A stretch of DNA of 64,000 bases from the IMG/VR virus record IMGVR_UViG_3300004369_000007. One strand, given 5' to 3'. Position numbers and translations under genes: made by a program. The notes beneath the pieces were generated by a model. That model did not search any database, was not told the origin of the DNA, and saw only the letters and a program-made list of their open reading frames with translations. Of the stretch, positions 49,236 to 59,029 are shown piece after piece. This DNA comes from an uncultured virus (IMG/VR IMGVR_UViG_3300004369_000007). Its lineage: Duplodnaviria; Heunggongvirae; Uroviricota; Caudoviricetes. Each line of letters starts with the position of its first letter. Position 1 is the stretch's first letter.

Positions 49236-49252
49236 GTATATAAAGGAGTCCA
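49236..49252 (-). promoter_or_regulatory. Archaeal TATA-type promoter (TGGACTCCTTTATATAC)
   Basis: TTTATATA box; identical 17-mer at 57737-57753. Confidence 0.6.
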
Positions 49253-49359
49253 CTTACTCCAAAGGGTAGTCTGCTTTGTCAAGTGCGGCAAGTAGGCCAA
49301 TACCAACAAGACCTGTTGCTACACCAACAGTTCCCCAAAATGCTATCTTTACTAATCCT

Positions 49360-49788
49360 TTAATCATTTTCTTCCATCTCCTGAATAATTTTCACAATTT
49401 TATTATTCAAAATAACTAATTGATTCTGAATCTTAGTTTTGAACTTATCGTTCTCTTCTTTGATTTCGTTGAGTTTTTCACTAAGGGTCTGTTCCATCTG
49501 CTGATGGATTTTATCAAACAATTGGTTGTCTGACAATGATGCAAGAGCATTACTAATTTCTGCACTTATCAGAACATCAATGTCAGAGACTTTTGCATAC
49601 AACTTTTCAATATCCTTACGAACAGAAGCATCCATATTCATTTGTCTCTTTTGTGCTTGTGCAACAACGGTTGTTTGTCGTTGTTTCCCATAACAAGTGG
49701 GGCATTTTTTCTCCCATCTTGCCGACTTAATCGTTCTGCTCATAAAAAATTCATCACAAGTCATGCATTGTTTTTGTATTCCAGCCAT
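49360..49788 (-). CDS. Zn finger plus coiled-coil protein
   Basis: CMTC...CPTC then heptads. Confidence 0.55.
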   Translation of the reverse strand: MAGIQKQCMTCDEFFMSRTIKSARWEKKCPTCYGKQRQTTVVAQAQKRQMNMDASVRKDIEKLYAKVSDIDVLISAEISNALASLSDNQLFDKIHQQMEQTLSEKLNEIKEENDKFKTKIQNQLVILNNKIVKIIQEMEEND

Positions 49789-49790
49789 AT

Positions 49791-50039
49791 TTATTCCTCC
49801 CTATCCATTTTTTCATATATTCGTTGTTGCTCAAGATATGCAGTTAAAAGCATATCAAATTTTTCGGGCAAGGCATCAATAATACCTGCAATTAATCGTC
49901 GGTTAAGACTTAACCAAAGTCGGTGATAAGTATTAATCACTACCTTCGGTTCATCATTTTCATTCTGTGATATGACAATCGGCGGCATATCTTCTGCGTC
50001 AATTATTCTAAATTCTACTTTTGATTTTATTTCATTCAT
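49791..50039 (-). CDS. Hypothetical protein
   Basis: 82-aa ORF in operon. Confidence 0.5.
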   Translation of the reverse strand: MNEIKSKVEFRIIDAEDMPPIVISQNENDEPKVVINTYHRLWLSLNRRLIAGIIDALPEKFDMLLTAYLEQQRIYEKMDREE

Positions 50040-50410
50040 ATTAATTCCATCCTTTCTTTTTTAAGTGCAATTGGGTGTTGAAAGAAATACCCAATTAATT
50101 CTCCATCTTCATCATACATTTCTTGTAATAGATGCTCGCTACAAAACTCAACTGCTTCTTCTGTTGCTTTGTAATACTTAACATTATCTGTTACATCTAG
50201 AAAACCACCATACAACGAAATATCATATTCGTTGAAAAATCTTTTCAACGAAATAAATAATGCACGAATAGTATTATTCATAGCATTGGTTGTTTGCTTA
50301 ATAAGATTTGCATGAATTAAAGCGTTTTTACAGTCTTCATTTGTAACTCTTTCATGATTCAAAAGAATATTAAGAATCACGGTTTGCATCGTTTCTTGTT
50401 CACTATACAT
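50036..50410 (-). CDS. Hypothetical protein
   Basis: Start at GAGGTAATAAAAATG (MYSEQ...). Confidence 0.5.
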   Translation of the reverse strand: MYSEQETMQTVILNILLNHERVTNEDCKNALIHANLIKQTTNAMNNTIRALFISLKRFFNEYDISLYGGFLDVTDNVKYYKATEEAVEFCSEHLLQEMYDEDGELIGYFFQHPIALKKERMELI

Positions 50411-50526
50411 TTTTATTACCTCTTTATTTTTATTTGGTTTGGTTGAAACGACCAACAGCCGAGTGTATATAAAGAAAACAAACGGGGTCGGCGGTCTTGT
50501 CTAAAAGTTGGTTCAACAACAGGAAA

Positions 50527-50602
50527 TGGCGGGCGTATCAGGATTTGAACCCGAATCTTCGGCTTAGAAGGCCAAAATGCTATCCTATTACACCATACGC
50601 CC
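50527..50602 (-). tRNA. tRNA-Arg(UCU) with encoded CCA
   Basis: GGGCGTA/TACGCCC acceptor stem, loop CTTCTAA, GGTTCAAATCC T-arm. Confidence 0.92.
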
Positions 50603-50617
50603 ATGTGAACCATTTCC

Positions 50618-50929
50618 TTATTGTGAATACGCTTCTGCAAGCGTGAGAGCATTCATAATGTTTTTGGTATGAAGGATTCCCTCAATCCTTTGAATATCGT
50701 CGTTTTCGTTCCTATCAACTGAATTAACAATCAACTGTGCTACAATTTGAGCAAGTTTCTGTTGGCTTGTGTTGATTAGAAGTCGGGACAATTCGCCTTT
50801 CAAATGGTCTTTGTAGTTTTCATGTGCTAAACAATCCATACATTCAACATTCTCCATAATTTCAAGACGGACATTTGGGACTTTATACCATCCCGTTCCT
50901 TGACATTTTTTACAATCCATTTTAAACAC
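50618..50929 (-). CDS. Zn-finger protein
   Basis: CKKCQGTG...CMDC. Confidence 0.55.
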   Translation of the reverse strand: MFKMDCKKCQGTGWYKVPNVRLEIMENVECMDCLAHENYKDHLKGELSRLLINTSQQKLAQIVAQLIVNSVDRNENDDIQRIEGILHTKNIMNALTLAEAYSQ

Positions 50930-51032
50930 CTGTTAGATGAGTCATGTTTGCTTTACATTGAAAACAATAAATCTCTTTAGTATATCTTTCACAATCTTCT
51001 GTTGCACATGGGGTTGAAATTGCACCACACAT

Positions 51033-51284
51033 TCAAAAGTCCTCCCTAATTGAGAATAAACGAACTTTCTTTTGATTCCAGTATTGTAAAGAAACCATAG
51101 CAATAATTAGATGATTGTAGTTTTGAGCAGATTGATTTACTCGGAAATCATCAGTTGCCCTTTCATAAAAATCACGGGCAAGCCTTACCTTTTCCATAAC
51201 AATATGTTCTTCATTTTCTTCATAAATCATTCCAAACTCTTTTTGTAGGGCTTCAATAACTCTGTCTTCTAGTTCATTATACAT
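51033..51284 (-). CDS. Hypothetical protein
   Basis: 83-aa ORF with GGAG RBS. Confidence 0.5.
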   Translation of the reverse strand: MYNELEDRVIEALQKEFGMIYEENEEHIVMEKVRLARDFYERATDDFRVNQSAQNYNHLIIAMVSLQYWNQKKVRLFSIREDF

Positions 51285-51396
51285 TACAATTCATCTCCAT
51301 GTTTATCTTCTAATTCATTCAAACAGGTAAAGCAATAGGGGTATTTTCTATTCACTATTACATTACAGGCAATACATCGTCGTTGTGTTCTAATTT

Positions 51397-51615
51397 TCAT
51401 TCTTCTTCCTCCTCAGTTAAACCATTTGTTGAATAGAAAAAGTCAAAGTTAGTTTCCATTCCACTTAATTCCATCAGGGCATTAAAGGCGGCTTCTGCCC
51501 CTTCAAGCATAATCAACAAATACTCTTCAAAAGTCAATTCAAAATCAATTGATACTTGACTTGACATAAATCCATCCATGTAGTGTTCTCTCAATCGTTC
51601 TAGTCTATCTTTCAT
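51397..51615 (-). CDS. Acidic hypothetical protein
   Basis: 72-aa ORF with GGAGG RBS. Confidence 0.5.
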   Translation of the reverse strand: MKDRLERLREHYMDGFMSSQVSIDFELTFEEYLLIMLEGAEAAFNALMELSGMETNFDFFYSTNGLTEEEEE

Positions 51616-51617
51616 AT

Positions 51618-52271
51618 TTATTCCTCCATTAGTTTTTGTGGGTATCGTGGTTTGCGGGCATTGTAGGCACGAACACCTACATTATATTTCTTTGCATAAT
51701 GATTTGCAGGAAACCATTCAGGACGACGGTTCTTACGCCATTCAGCAATACGCCACTTGCCCTCAAGATAATAGTGGCGATAAGATTTAATCGTATGTTC
51801 CCAATTAGGAATACTCATTTCATTAGGAATACGAAACATATCGTCCATAGCAATTGTTACAGGTTGTAATTGCTTCTTTTCAAACGGGTGTTCAAACACC
51901 ACATCAAAGTAAGGAATACAATCAAGGATTCTTTGAAGAGTTCCATGCTTTTTTTCATAACGATAAGTGTATTCATCACAAAGGGCCAAGCCATGTTCAT
52001 AAAGCCAATTCCAATTAGCATAAGTTTGCCTCGCCCAAATGGTTGAGGGGTGATTTAGCATGGCTGGCTTCATTAAATTGGACTCGGTGGCGAGGTGAAA
52101 AGCCTTAAGGTCTTTCAATTGGGGTTCTTCACCGTGTTCTTTGACATATTGCATATAAAGAATGTTAGTATGCAACATTTGACAGGTTTCAGTAGGCATC
52201 TTGATAATATGCTTATCAATCATTTGATGCGCCGATTCAACAGGGTTTCGTGATAGTGCAAAGATATTCAT
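51618..52271 (-). CDS. Pyrimidine-dimer DNA glycosylase (DenV-related) family protein
   Basis: MNIF.L...P...A....DKH..KM..E..QML, NHPSTIWAR, EY..RY.K.H, YR.YY. Confidence 0.7.
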   Translation of the reverse strand: MNIFALSRNPVESAHQMIDKHIIKMPTETCQMLHTNILYMQYVKEHGEEPQLKDLKAFHLATESNLMKPAMLNHPSTIWARQTYANWNWLYEHGLALCDEYTYRYEKKHGTLQRILDCIPYFDVVFEHPFEKKQLQPVTIAMDDMFRIPNEMSIPNWEHTIKSYRHYYLEGKWRIAEWRKNRRPEWFPANHYAKKYNVGVRAYNARKPRYPQKLMEE

Positions 52272-52471
52272 TCTTCTTCCTCCAAATACTGTGCTAATTG
52301 AGCAAGCACTTCAGGATGCTCATTTTCTAACCAATTAAGCACAAGGTCATATTCATATCCATTCTCCTTCAAACCTGAGCAATTCCAGCAAAATATGACT
52401 TTAGTGTTAAAATTATGTGGTGATTTACCTATGGGAACCGAACAATTAGAACAAATTACTTCTCGCATCAT
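52268..52471 (-). CDS. Small Zn-finger protein
   Basis: CSNC...CWNC. Confidence 0.5.
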   Translation of the reverse strand: MMREVICSNCSVPIGKSPHNFNTKVIFCWNCSGLKENGYEYDLVLNWLENEHPEVLAQLAQYLEEEE

Positions 52472-52698
52472 TCTTCCTCCAACATAAAAAAGTATTCATC
52501 AACATTTACCCATTCACGGGCAGTAATAGTCAATTCTTTAGTGTTTGCTTCATATTCACAATCAGAAAAACGATTTCGGTTGTCCCAAGCAGTTCGCAAA
52601 CCATTAAGAGTATCAAACCGATAAATAGTTCGCTTATGGATAGTGTTGTCGTCATGAATAGTATTTCCCCATTCAATAGTAATAAAGTCATCTTCCAT
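52468..52698 (-). CDS. Hypothetical protein
   Basis: 76-aa ORF with GGAGG RBS. Confidence 0.5.
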   Translation of the reverse strand: MEDDFITIEWGNTIHDDNTIHKRTIYRFDTLNGLRTAWDNRNRFSDCEYEANTKELTITAREWVNVDEYFFMLEEE

Positions 52699-53250
52699 AA
52701 TTATTCCTCCTCATCTAAAGATTCAGTCAATTTTAGCAATTCCAACGCTTCATGGCGAGCCAAGGAAAGAGTAACTTTCCAATGTTCATCTCCTTTATCG
52801 TAGTGCTTCAAAGTAGAAGTCGCATAATCAAGCAACTCCCACATCTTTCTCTTAATTTCTTCATTCATTTTCATACATCCTTTTTATTGATATTTGGAAT
52901 GCTTGATACGGAGGCATTCCTAAACTCCTTAGTTCTTTAAATATTCTTTTTCTATTCTTTTCTGCCCAACAACTTCGCAACAAAAACTCTTTTTTGTATA
53001 AACTCTGTGAATGGGTAGGAATTATATCTTTCATTAATTTCATTATTAGCAACCCCTAAAGGGCGGGGAAAACGGCTCATAGAGAACAAATCTATTATTC
53101 CGATGAGGTAAAGAAGTGCCGTTTTTACTGGAAAAACCCCTGTGAGTAGGTGCAGGAAAACCATCAAAATATGGCTGAACAGATGACTGATGATTTTTAC
53201 TTTTAAACCTGCGGTTTCAAAGGTGGAACGAGATTGACGCGAACCTCCAC

Positions 53251-54555
53251 CTATTGAATGTATTCCTCAATTAATTTGCTTGCTTGTAGTTTAGTGAGGG
53301 TTGAGGTTTCCCCCGTAAAGCCGAGACTACGCAGATAGTTAATCTGCTTTTCGGTTGCCTTATCTTGAACAAGGACTCTCTTTAGTGTGTTGAGTTGTCT
53401 GTCAGACATGGTTTTACCAGCAAGCAATTGTTCTTTAATACTGGAGAGAAATTCTCTTTCCCAATCATTACCAGACATTGTTTCATCAAAGACAGGAATA
53501 CCATAGTAGCCACACATATTTTCAAACTCAGCATTATTTGAGGCAAGTGTTTCCTCTTGTTGCATTTGTTCTTGAATCCTTCGTGCTTGTTCCCGCTTTT
53601 CATCTTCTAAGCGTTGTAGGCGCAAACGCTCTTGATGTTCGGCTCGGATGCGTTCTTGTTCAATTTGTTGAAGACGACGCTTTTCAACATTTTCAGGAAG
53701 ATTGTAAATACGCAAACGCTCGGCTTCCCGTTCTTCACGGGCAATTCGTTCCTGTTCCATTCGTTCTAGGCGTATTCGTTGTTGTTCGGCTATCTCAGCA
53801 ATCCTTTCTTCTCTACGAGTTTTAGCCCGATTAAAGTTAGGTAAATACTGACTTTGAGTAACATACAACAATGACAAATCTTTCATTAGATTATCATTAG
53901 GATAGCCAATAGTATTAATTTGAGCCTTTGGGTTATCTGGATGATTCCACCGCCAAACAATAGAAGCCATCTTGTATTCAGGACTACCAAATTGACCTTC
54001 TGCTCTCTTACGAATAAACTTTTCAGTTTCATACCATTGAGTTTCAGCATCCCAAAAAGTCTTCTCACCTTCACGAACATTTACAAACAAATCTAGTTCC
54101 TTGACAGAATCAAACATCAATTCAAATCCAGCACCGTTGGCTTTCCACCATGCTTCTGCTTTCATTGATTTAGTTCGCACATCAATCCATTCTTGAATCT
54201 TCTCATCAGTAATAGCATCAATTGAAATACCTTCATCTTCTGCAATTGCTCGCATAATAAGATAGGTATTGATATGGTCGCTACCAACACATTCAACAAC
54301 ACCATTTTCAGTATTCACGATTTGAAAGTGATAAACAACGATATGGCCGCAAAGACACTTACCTTCTCCCATTTGCGAGTTAGAAACCCACTCAGGAATT
54401 TCGTCATTTCCTGCCCACCAAACTTCACCAGTAGCAATCCATTCTTCCTTAGCATCATCATAATTGTCAGCAACCGACAATTCAACCATATTGCGCTTCA
54501 ATGCTTTGTCCCATCGGCCACTACCTAGTTCTCTCTTAGCAACAATAGATTCCAT
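53251..54555 (-). CDS. Hypothetical protein: Zn-binding N-domain, coiled coil, C-terminal ATEKQ...L domain
   Basis: CLCGH...VGSDHI; Glu/Arg/Gln-rich coil; ATEKQINYL...QASKLI. Confidence 0.6.
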   Translation of the reverse strand: MESIVAKRELGSGRWDKALKRNMVELSVADNYDDAKEEWIATGEVWWAGNDEIPEWVSNSQMGEGKCLCGHIVVYHFQIVNTENGVVECVGSDHINTYLIMRAIAEDEGISIDAITDEKIQEWIDVRTKSMKAEAWWKANGAGFELMFDSVKELDLFVNVREGEKTFWDAETQWYETEKFIRKRAEGQFGSPEYKMASIVWRWNHPDNPKAQINTIGYPNDNLMKDLSLLYVTQSQYLPNFNRAKTRREERIAEIAEQQRIRLERMEQERIAREEREAERLRIYNLPENVEKRRLQQIEQERIRAEHQERLRLQRLEDEKREQARRIQEQMQQEETLASNNAEFENMCGYYGIPVFDETMSGNDWEREFLSSIKEQLLAGKTMSDRQLNTLKRVLVQDKATEKQINYLRSLGFTGETSTLTKLQASKLIEEYIQ

Positions 54556-54557
54556 AT

Positions 54558-54770
54558 TTATTCCTCCAAATCAAGTTGAGTTTGTTCAGGGTAGCCATGT
54601 GCTTTACCGAAAGCATTCAATTCACTCAATTCAATTTCATTGTCATCAAACCAACCATCACGGATAAATTGCATAATTGCATCACACCAACGACTGTCTT
54701 TCATAATGAAAGAAACAATGTCGTTATAACTCCATAGGTCAGTCAGTTTGTCAAATTCTTCATATTTCAT
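54558..54770 (-). CDS. Hypothetical protein
   Basis: GAGGTAATAAAAATG start. Confidence 0.5.
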   Translation of the reverse strand: MKYEEFDKLTDLWSYNDIVSFIMKDSRWCDAIMQFIRDGWFDDNEIELSELNAFGKAHGYPEQTQLDLEE

Positions 54771-54848
54771 TTTTATTACCTCATTTGTATTGGCTTCGCA
54801 CCTTGTTGAGTGTCAAGTATAGGCTCACACTTACAGCCATGTTTGGAA

Positions 54849-56276
54849 TCAAATAATTCCAGGTTTTGGGCCAACATAGAATAAATTCCTTTTAGCCCGT
54901 GTAATCGCAACATAACAAATGTTATTCTCTTCCTTGTTTCCATAAGGATGAGGCATTCGTTCAGTAGCGAGAATATACACATTATCTGCTTCAAGACCCT
55001 TAGCCTTGTGAACGGTTGAAAGCATAATTTCACCTTCATCATTACCGTCAAAGACACGCTTAATTTCTTCAATAATTCCACCAACAGTTGTTGCTTTCTT
55101 AATGAAAATCATAAGACAATCTCGCTTATCTTCAAGAGCCATCGCTTGGTTCTCTTTGTTTTGATTAAGTAGTCGTTGATAATTATAGGCAAAGTCTTTT
55201 TGAAACAATTGTTCAAACTCTTCAACGCCCATTTGGTTGTTCTTGGTAATCTTTTGAACCGCAGTAATTAAACCCTTTGTCATATCACGACCAAGCACAT
55301 AAGCGGATTTGCCCTGTGAAATCAAATCATAGAAAGCAGACACCAAAGGAGCATTGTATCGGCAAAGAACCATATCATTTCGTTGTGGATTAAACGGTGC
55401 ATCTACGATAACTGCGCCTTCTTCAGCAAAATCGGGGGCATTAAACTCAGCAACATACCGATTGGCTTCCTTAACAACCGATTTTGGACAACGCCAAGTG
55501 ATTGAAAGAGGAAATTCGCTGATTTCTCGTTGGGTCTTGAGAAGTCGTTGTCGGAACATCTCAATTGAGTTAGAATCAGCACCACGGAAACCGTAAATTG
55601 CTTGGTTTTTATCACCGACAATAATACAGCGACCTCCATTAACGCACAAAGAAATCATTTCACGCTGAACCTCATTGAAATCCTGCGCTTCATCTACAAA
55701 CAAAACATCGTATTTTGGGAAAGGATAGCCATTAACAATGGGCAACCAAATCATATCATCAAAATCAATGTGTTGGGTCTGCGTCTTACAAAGAGTAAGG
55801 ATAGCAGGAATAGATTGAATTGCGATATTCTCTTCACGGTCAGAATTAAAGTTGATATTGTATTCGTCAATCAAACCGAGAATTGCATTTCTGTCAGTTG
55901 GTGAAATTAAACTACCCTTGACAAGCGAAACCAATTGCTTAAGTGGTGGGATATGGTAATCAGCACCGAGTAATTCCTTGATAATGTTGTTAAGTTTGAA
56001 ATTATTCACACGGGTTGTAACTCCCGCAGCACGAATAGCAGCAAAGCCGAAAGCGTGGAAAGTTTTTGCTTCAACATCTGCTGGAAGTCGTTCAGCCAAT
56101 TCAGTAGCAATAGACTTGTTGAAAGCCAAGAAAGCGGCTTTCTGCCCATTAATACGATTTGCTGCTTCAACAATAGTCGTAGTTTTCCCTGTTCCTGCAC
56201 CTGCATTGATAATTAGGTGGTTCTCCGTATTTTCTATGCAATCAAAGATTGCTGTTTGTTCTTCTGTATGTTTCAT
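54849..56276 (-). CDS. UvrD/Rep-like SF1 helicase
   Basis: AGAGTGKT, TFHA, VDEAQD, VGDKNQAIYGFRGAD, STVHKAKGLE, YVAITRAK. Confidence 0.92.
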   Translation of the reverse strand: MKHTEEQTAIFDCIENTENHLIINAGAGTGKTTTIVEAANRINGQKAAFLAFNKSIATELAERLPADVEAKTFHAFGFAAIRAAGVTTRVNNFKLNNIIKELLGADYHIPPLKQLVSLVKGSLISPTDRNAILGLIDEYNINFNSDREENIAIQSIPAILTLCKTQTQHIDFDDMIWLPIVNGYPFPKYDVLFVDEAQDFNEVQREMISLCVNGGRCIIVGDKNQAIYGFRGADSNSIEMFRQRLLKTQREISEFPLSITWRCPKSVVKEANRYVAEFNAPDFAEEGAVIVDAPFNPQRNDMVLCRYNAPLVSAFYDLISQGKSAYVLGRDMTKGLITAVQKITKNNQMGVEEFEQLFQKDFAYNYQRLLNQNKENQAMALEDKRDCLMIFIKKATTVGGIIEEIKRVFDGNDEGEIMLSTVHKAKGLEADNVYILATERMPHPYGNKEENNICYVAITRAKRNLFYVGPKPGII

Positions 56277-56286
56277 TTTTATTACC

Positions 56287-56475
56287 TCAGTTATTCACGA
56301 AAAAATCAATAAAATCCCCTTGCTTAAACAGTTCAGGTATTTCAATTTCTTGAGAAATCATCCAATCGTGATACACTTTACGCATCATTATTAGCGATTC
56401 TATTTGTTTATTTCGTTCTTGTTGCTTGGTGTGTTCAATTAGTGAATCCACCATTTCTTTTTCTTCTTTGTTCAT
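56287..56475 (-). CDS. Hypothetical protein
   Basis: 62-aa ORF with GGAGGT RBS. Confidence 0.5.
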   Translation of the reverse strand: MNKEEKEMVDSLIEHTKQQERNKQIESLIMMRKVYHDWMISQEIEIPELFKQGDFIDFFVNN

Positions 56476-56588
56476 TTTATTACCTCCTTAAAATTAGTGA
56501 ATAGGTGGGGAAGGGAACAATACCGATTACTCGGCATTTTACTTCTTAGTAGCCCCTTTGTTCAACCTTCCCCATGTAAAATTGAAAG

Positions 56589-56672
56589 TGCTGAGAGCAG
56601 GATTTGAACCTGCGAACCGTTTAGGACAGGAGTTTAAGCCCTGCGCTTTTAACCAAACTCAGCCATCTCAGC
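56589..56672 (-). tRNA. tRNA-Leu(UAA)
   Basis: GCTGAGA/TCTCAGC acceptor stem, loop CTTAAAC, long variable arm, GGTTCAAATCC. Confidence 0.9.
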
Positions 56673-56810
56673 ATTTGTATTTGTTCAATCAAAGCCACAC
56701 CAATTTCAATTTACAAAAGTGAAACTGGGTCGTTTGCGACTGTTGAAAGACAACCCCACCCTCGGAGGGCGTATAAGGTTCGGCGCAGGGGGTTGCTCAA
56801 GCGAATAGAC

Positions 56811-57068
56811 CTAAAACCCTGCGTTTTGATAAAAAAAGTATAAAAGCCACAGGCTAACGCCTATAACAACAGTTCCCCAAAATAACTTCAAACGAACATT
56901 ATTCGGAGGATTGCACTTTGGGTTTAAACAATAATGACTAGTTGAAATAACTCCGTGATGCACATAAGACTCAAGAAGATGATTACTGTCTTTTGGAATA
57001 TCAGTTCCGCAAGATTGACAGATTAAATCCTCTTTGGCCTTAACATACACTTCTTCTACTAAACGCAT
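56811..57068 (-). CDS. Zn-binding protein with C-terminal TM helix
   Basis: CQSCG...HYCLNPKC; hydrophobic tail. Confidence 0.55.
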   Translation of the reverse strand: MRLVEEVYVKAKEDLICQSCGTDIPKDSNHLLESYVHHGVISTSHYCLNPKCNPPNNVRLKLFWGTVVIGVSLWLLYFFYQNAGF

Positions 57069-57212
57069 TTAATCACCCAAAGGCGGGGGAGAGCCTTGAG
57101 GTATCATAAGGCTCTCCCCCATTGGAAAAGGGGAGAATAGGAGGCCTTAGCCCCCTATTCCCCGTTGTTCAGGTCAATGACCTGTAATGGTGCTGGATTG
57201 AAGTTTAAAACT

Positions 57213-57686
57213 TCAAAGTTCGTCCGATTCGCCTAAAAGGGAATCAACCGAACCATCCCAAGAACCGTCCTTGAACATATTGCTCAAGTTTGTTCGGGTT
57301 CTCTTGACAACAGCAGAAGCGTAATCTTCTGCGCCATCAAAGGCTCCACCGCCAGATTTGATGTGCTTCATCGTAATTGCACCGATAATAGCGTCGTGGT
57401 TGTAGTAAGCAATAGATGCTTCTTCAACAACGCCACAAATTCGGTCAATAGCGACACGAACAGATGCAGGAACTGCGCTCTTTTGGCCACGGCGGAACGG
57501 GGTTCCATCACGGCCACGCAAAAGGGCTTTCAAAGCACCTTCGGCGGCAGTTCGCTCATCAGGGTTGTTCGTCCCGATTTGCAGGTTCAATTCAACAACT
57601 TGGCGCAATCCTGCGTCAAGCGTCTGGTCGGCTTCAAGGTATTCGTTCACTTCAATGACAAGTGAATCCCATGTGGTGTTATCCAT
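57213..57686 (-). CDS. Unknown protein, paralog family A copy 1
   Basis: Shares W, RRG.., GG.F, WDG with 59865 and 60966 genes; own promoter and downstream hairpins. Confidence 0.65.
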   Translation of the reverse strand: MDNTTWDSLVIEVNEYLEADQTLDAGLRQVVELNLQIGTNNPDERTAAEGALKALLRGRDGTPFRRGQKSAVPASVRVAIDRICGVVEEASIAYYNHDAIIGAITMKHIKSGGGAFDGAEDYASAVVKRTRTNLSNMFKDGSWDGSVDSLLGESDEL

Positions 57687-57736
57687 ATTATCTACTTCCT
57701 CCCCTTTGCGGGGTTGTTTTCAATAGTTGTCTTGAG

Positions 57737-57753
57737 GTATATAAAGGAGTCCA
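57737..57753 (-). promoter_or_regulatory. TATA-type promoter at head of the - strand module
   Basis: Identical to the 17-mer at 49236-49252. Confidence 0.6.
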
Positions 57754-57939
57754 GAAATGCCTCCGAATGCCCTCCCTTGAGGGAATTACTAACCTTTTCT
57801 TAAGACCTGCGGTGTTCCATAGCACCTTTTTTCACTTCTGTTTTTTAACTGAAATGATAAGTAATTCGTTTTGTTGAATCAAATAGATTTTATTTACAAC
57901 AATAGTTTGCCCATTGAAATAACTTTGATGGCCTTGTGC

Positions 57940-58245
57940 ATGAGACTGTCTCGCTTGTTGTCTCAATGTGAGACGGTGAGGTTATGCAACACAACCCCTT
58001 AGAACCTTGCGGAAACCCGTAAAAATAAGTTGTCTCATCTCGTCTCATCAAAAAAGGGATATATTTCTCTCTCTTTACCCCATAGAATATAAGGGGTTAT
58101 GTAAGAGAAGAAGAAGAAGATAGATAGATAGATGAGATAGATGAGATAATGAGAAATATATAATAAATCTATACTTATGTTGCATAACCTTGATGATTCT
58201 TTCATGTCTTGTCTCGTCTCATACCCTCCCGACCATGAGACAACC
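57940..58245. repeat. Nested inverted repeats with TGAGAC/GTCTCA units and GAA/GATA runs (candidate origin)
   Basis: AGGTTATGCAACA (57979-57991) vs TGTTGCATAACCT (58178-58190); many GTCTC/GAGAC units; non-coding. Confidence 0.55.
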
Positions 58246-58464
58246 ACTTTAGTTTAGTATAATACTAATATTGAATATTAGAATATGAATATGAATTAAT
58301 ATAACTACAATTGAGGAACACCCTGTCAAATCTGACGGATTTTTGGGGGCTGAAAATTATCCCTATTTCAGTTGCATTGACTATGGCTAAATAAGGAGAT
58401 TCTTCTTTCTTTGATGTTTTCAAAACCATATGGTCATGCTTTGTTTTTTGACCCCGAAGGGCGG

Positions 58465-58707
58465 CTAAGCCATATCATCTTGGATTTTGGATAATATCGT
58501 GTTCATCATATCCATCATCGCTTGATGAGTCATAATCTCAGCAAATCCAGCCCATGACTGTTCAAAGGTGATAATAGCAATCATAGCATGAGGTTCGTCA
58601 AAATAATGCATATCGGTGTTAATGGCTTCGTAAAATTGGTCTGCAATAAAAGGCTTAAGGACTTTAGGAAAGGTTTCGCATAGTAGGTTCACAATCTCTC
58701 TTGACAT
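58465..58707 (-). CDS. Cassette 1 hypothetical protein (80 aa, probably leaderless)
   Basis: MSREIVNLL...; CCCTTCGGGG hairpin after stop. Confidence 0.55.
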   Translation of the reverse strand: MSREIVNLLCETFPKVLKPFIADQFYEAINTDMHYFDEPHAMIAIITFEQSWAGFAEIMTHQAMMDMMNTILSKIQDDMA

Positions 58708-58795
58708 GGTTCTAACATAGAATATCTTATTGTTTAGGGTATTACAAAGCATTACCATATGGTCGTAACTTTGAGTAACGGCCCGAAGGCCGCCA

Positions 58796-58921
58796 TTAAC
58801 GGCAATCGGGGCAAATCCAAACTATTCGCAATTCCTTAACCCAAGTATCATTTCCATATTGGTCGTAAAAACAAACCGTTCCGTCAGCATTACATTCTTC
58901 ACAATACATTGTTTCTTCCAT
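58796..58921 (-). CDS. Cassette 2 Zn-finger microprotein (41 aa; not in ORF track)
   Basis: MEETMYCEECNADGTVCFYDQYGNDTWVKELRIVWICPDCR; GGCCTTCGGGCC hairpin after stop. Confidence 0.6.
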   Translation of the reverse strand: MEETMYCEECNADGTVCFYDQYGNDTWVKELRIVWICPDCR

Positions 58922-59029
58922 GCTTAACCTAAAAATGTGCATATTCATTGAGGTATTACCAAAGCACTACCATATGGTTGATGATTGCTTTGCATATTAA
59001 CAACCTTATCTGTTATTCAATGGGTTTTA

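Noticed and set aside
50408..56486. Repeated GAGGTAATAAAA(A)TG before four genes as a special element
   Set aside because: Adequately explained as a strong Shine-Dalgarno plus A-rich spacer
58104..58155. GAA/GATA microsatellite as an independent feature
   Set aside because: Short and part of the larger inverted-repeat region already reported
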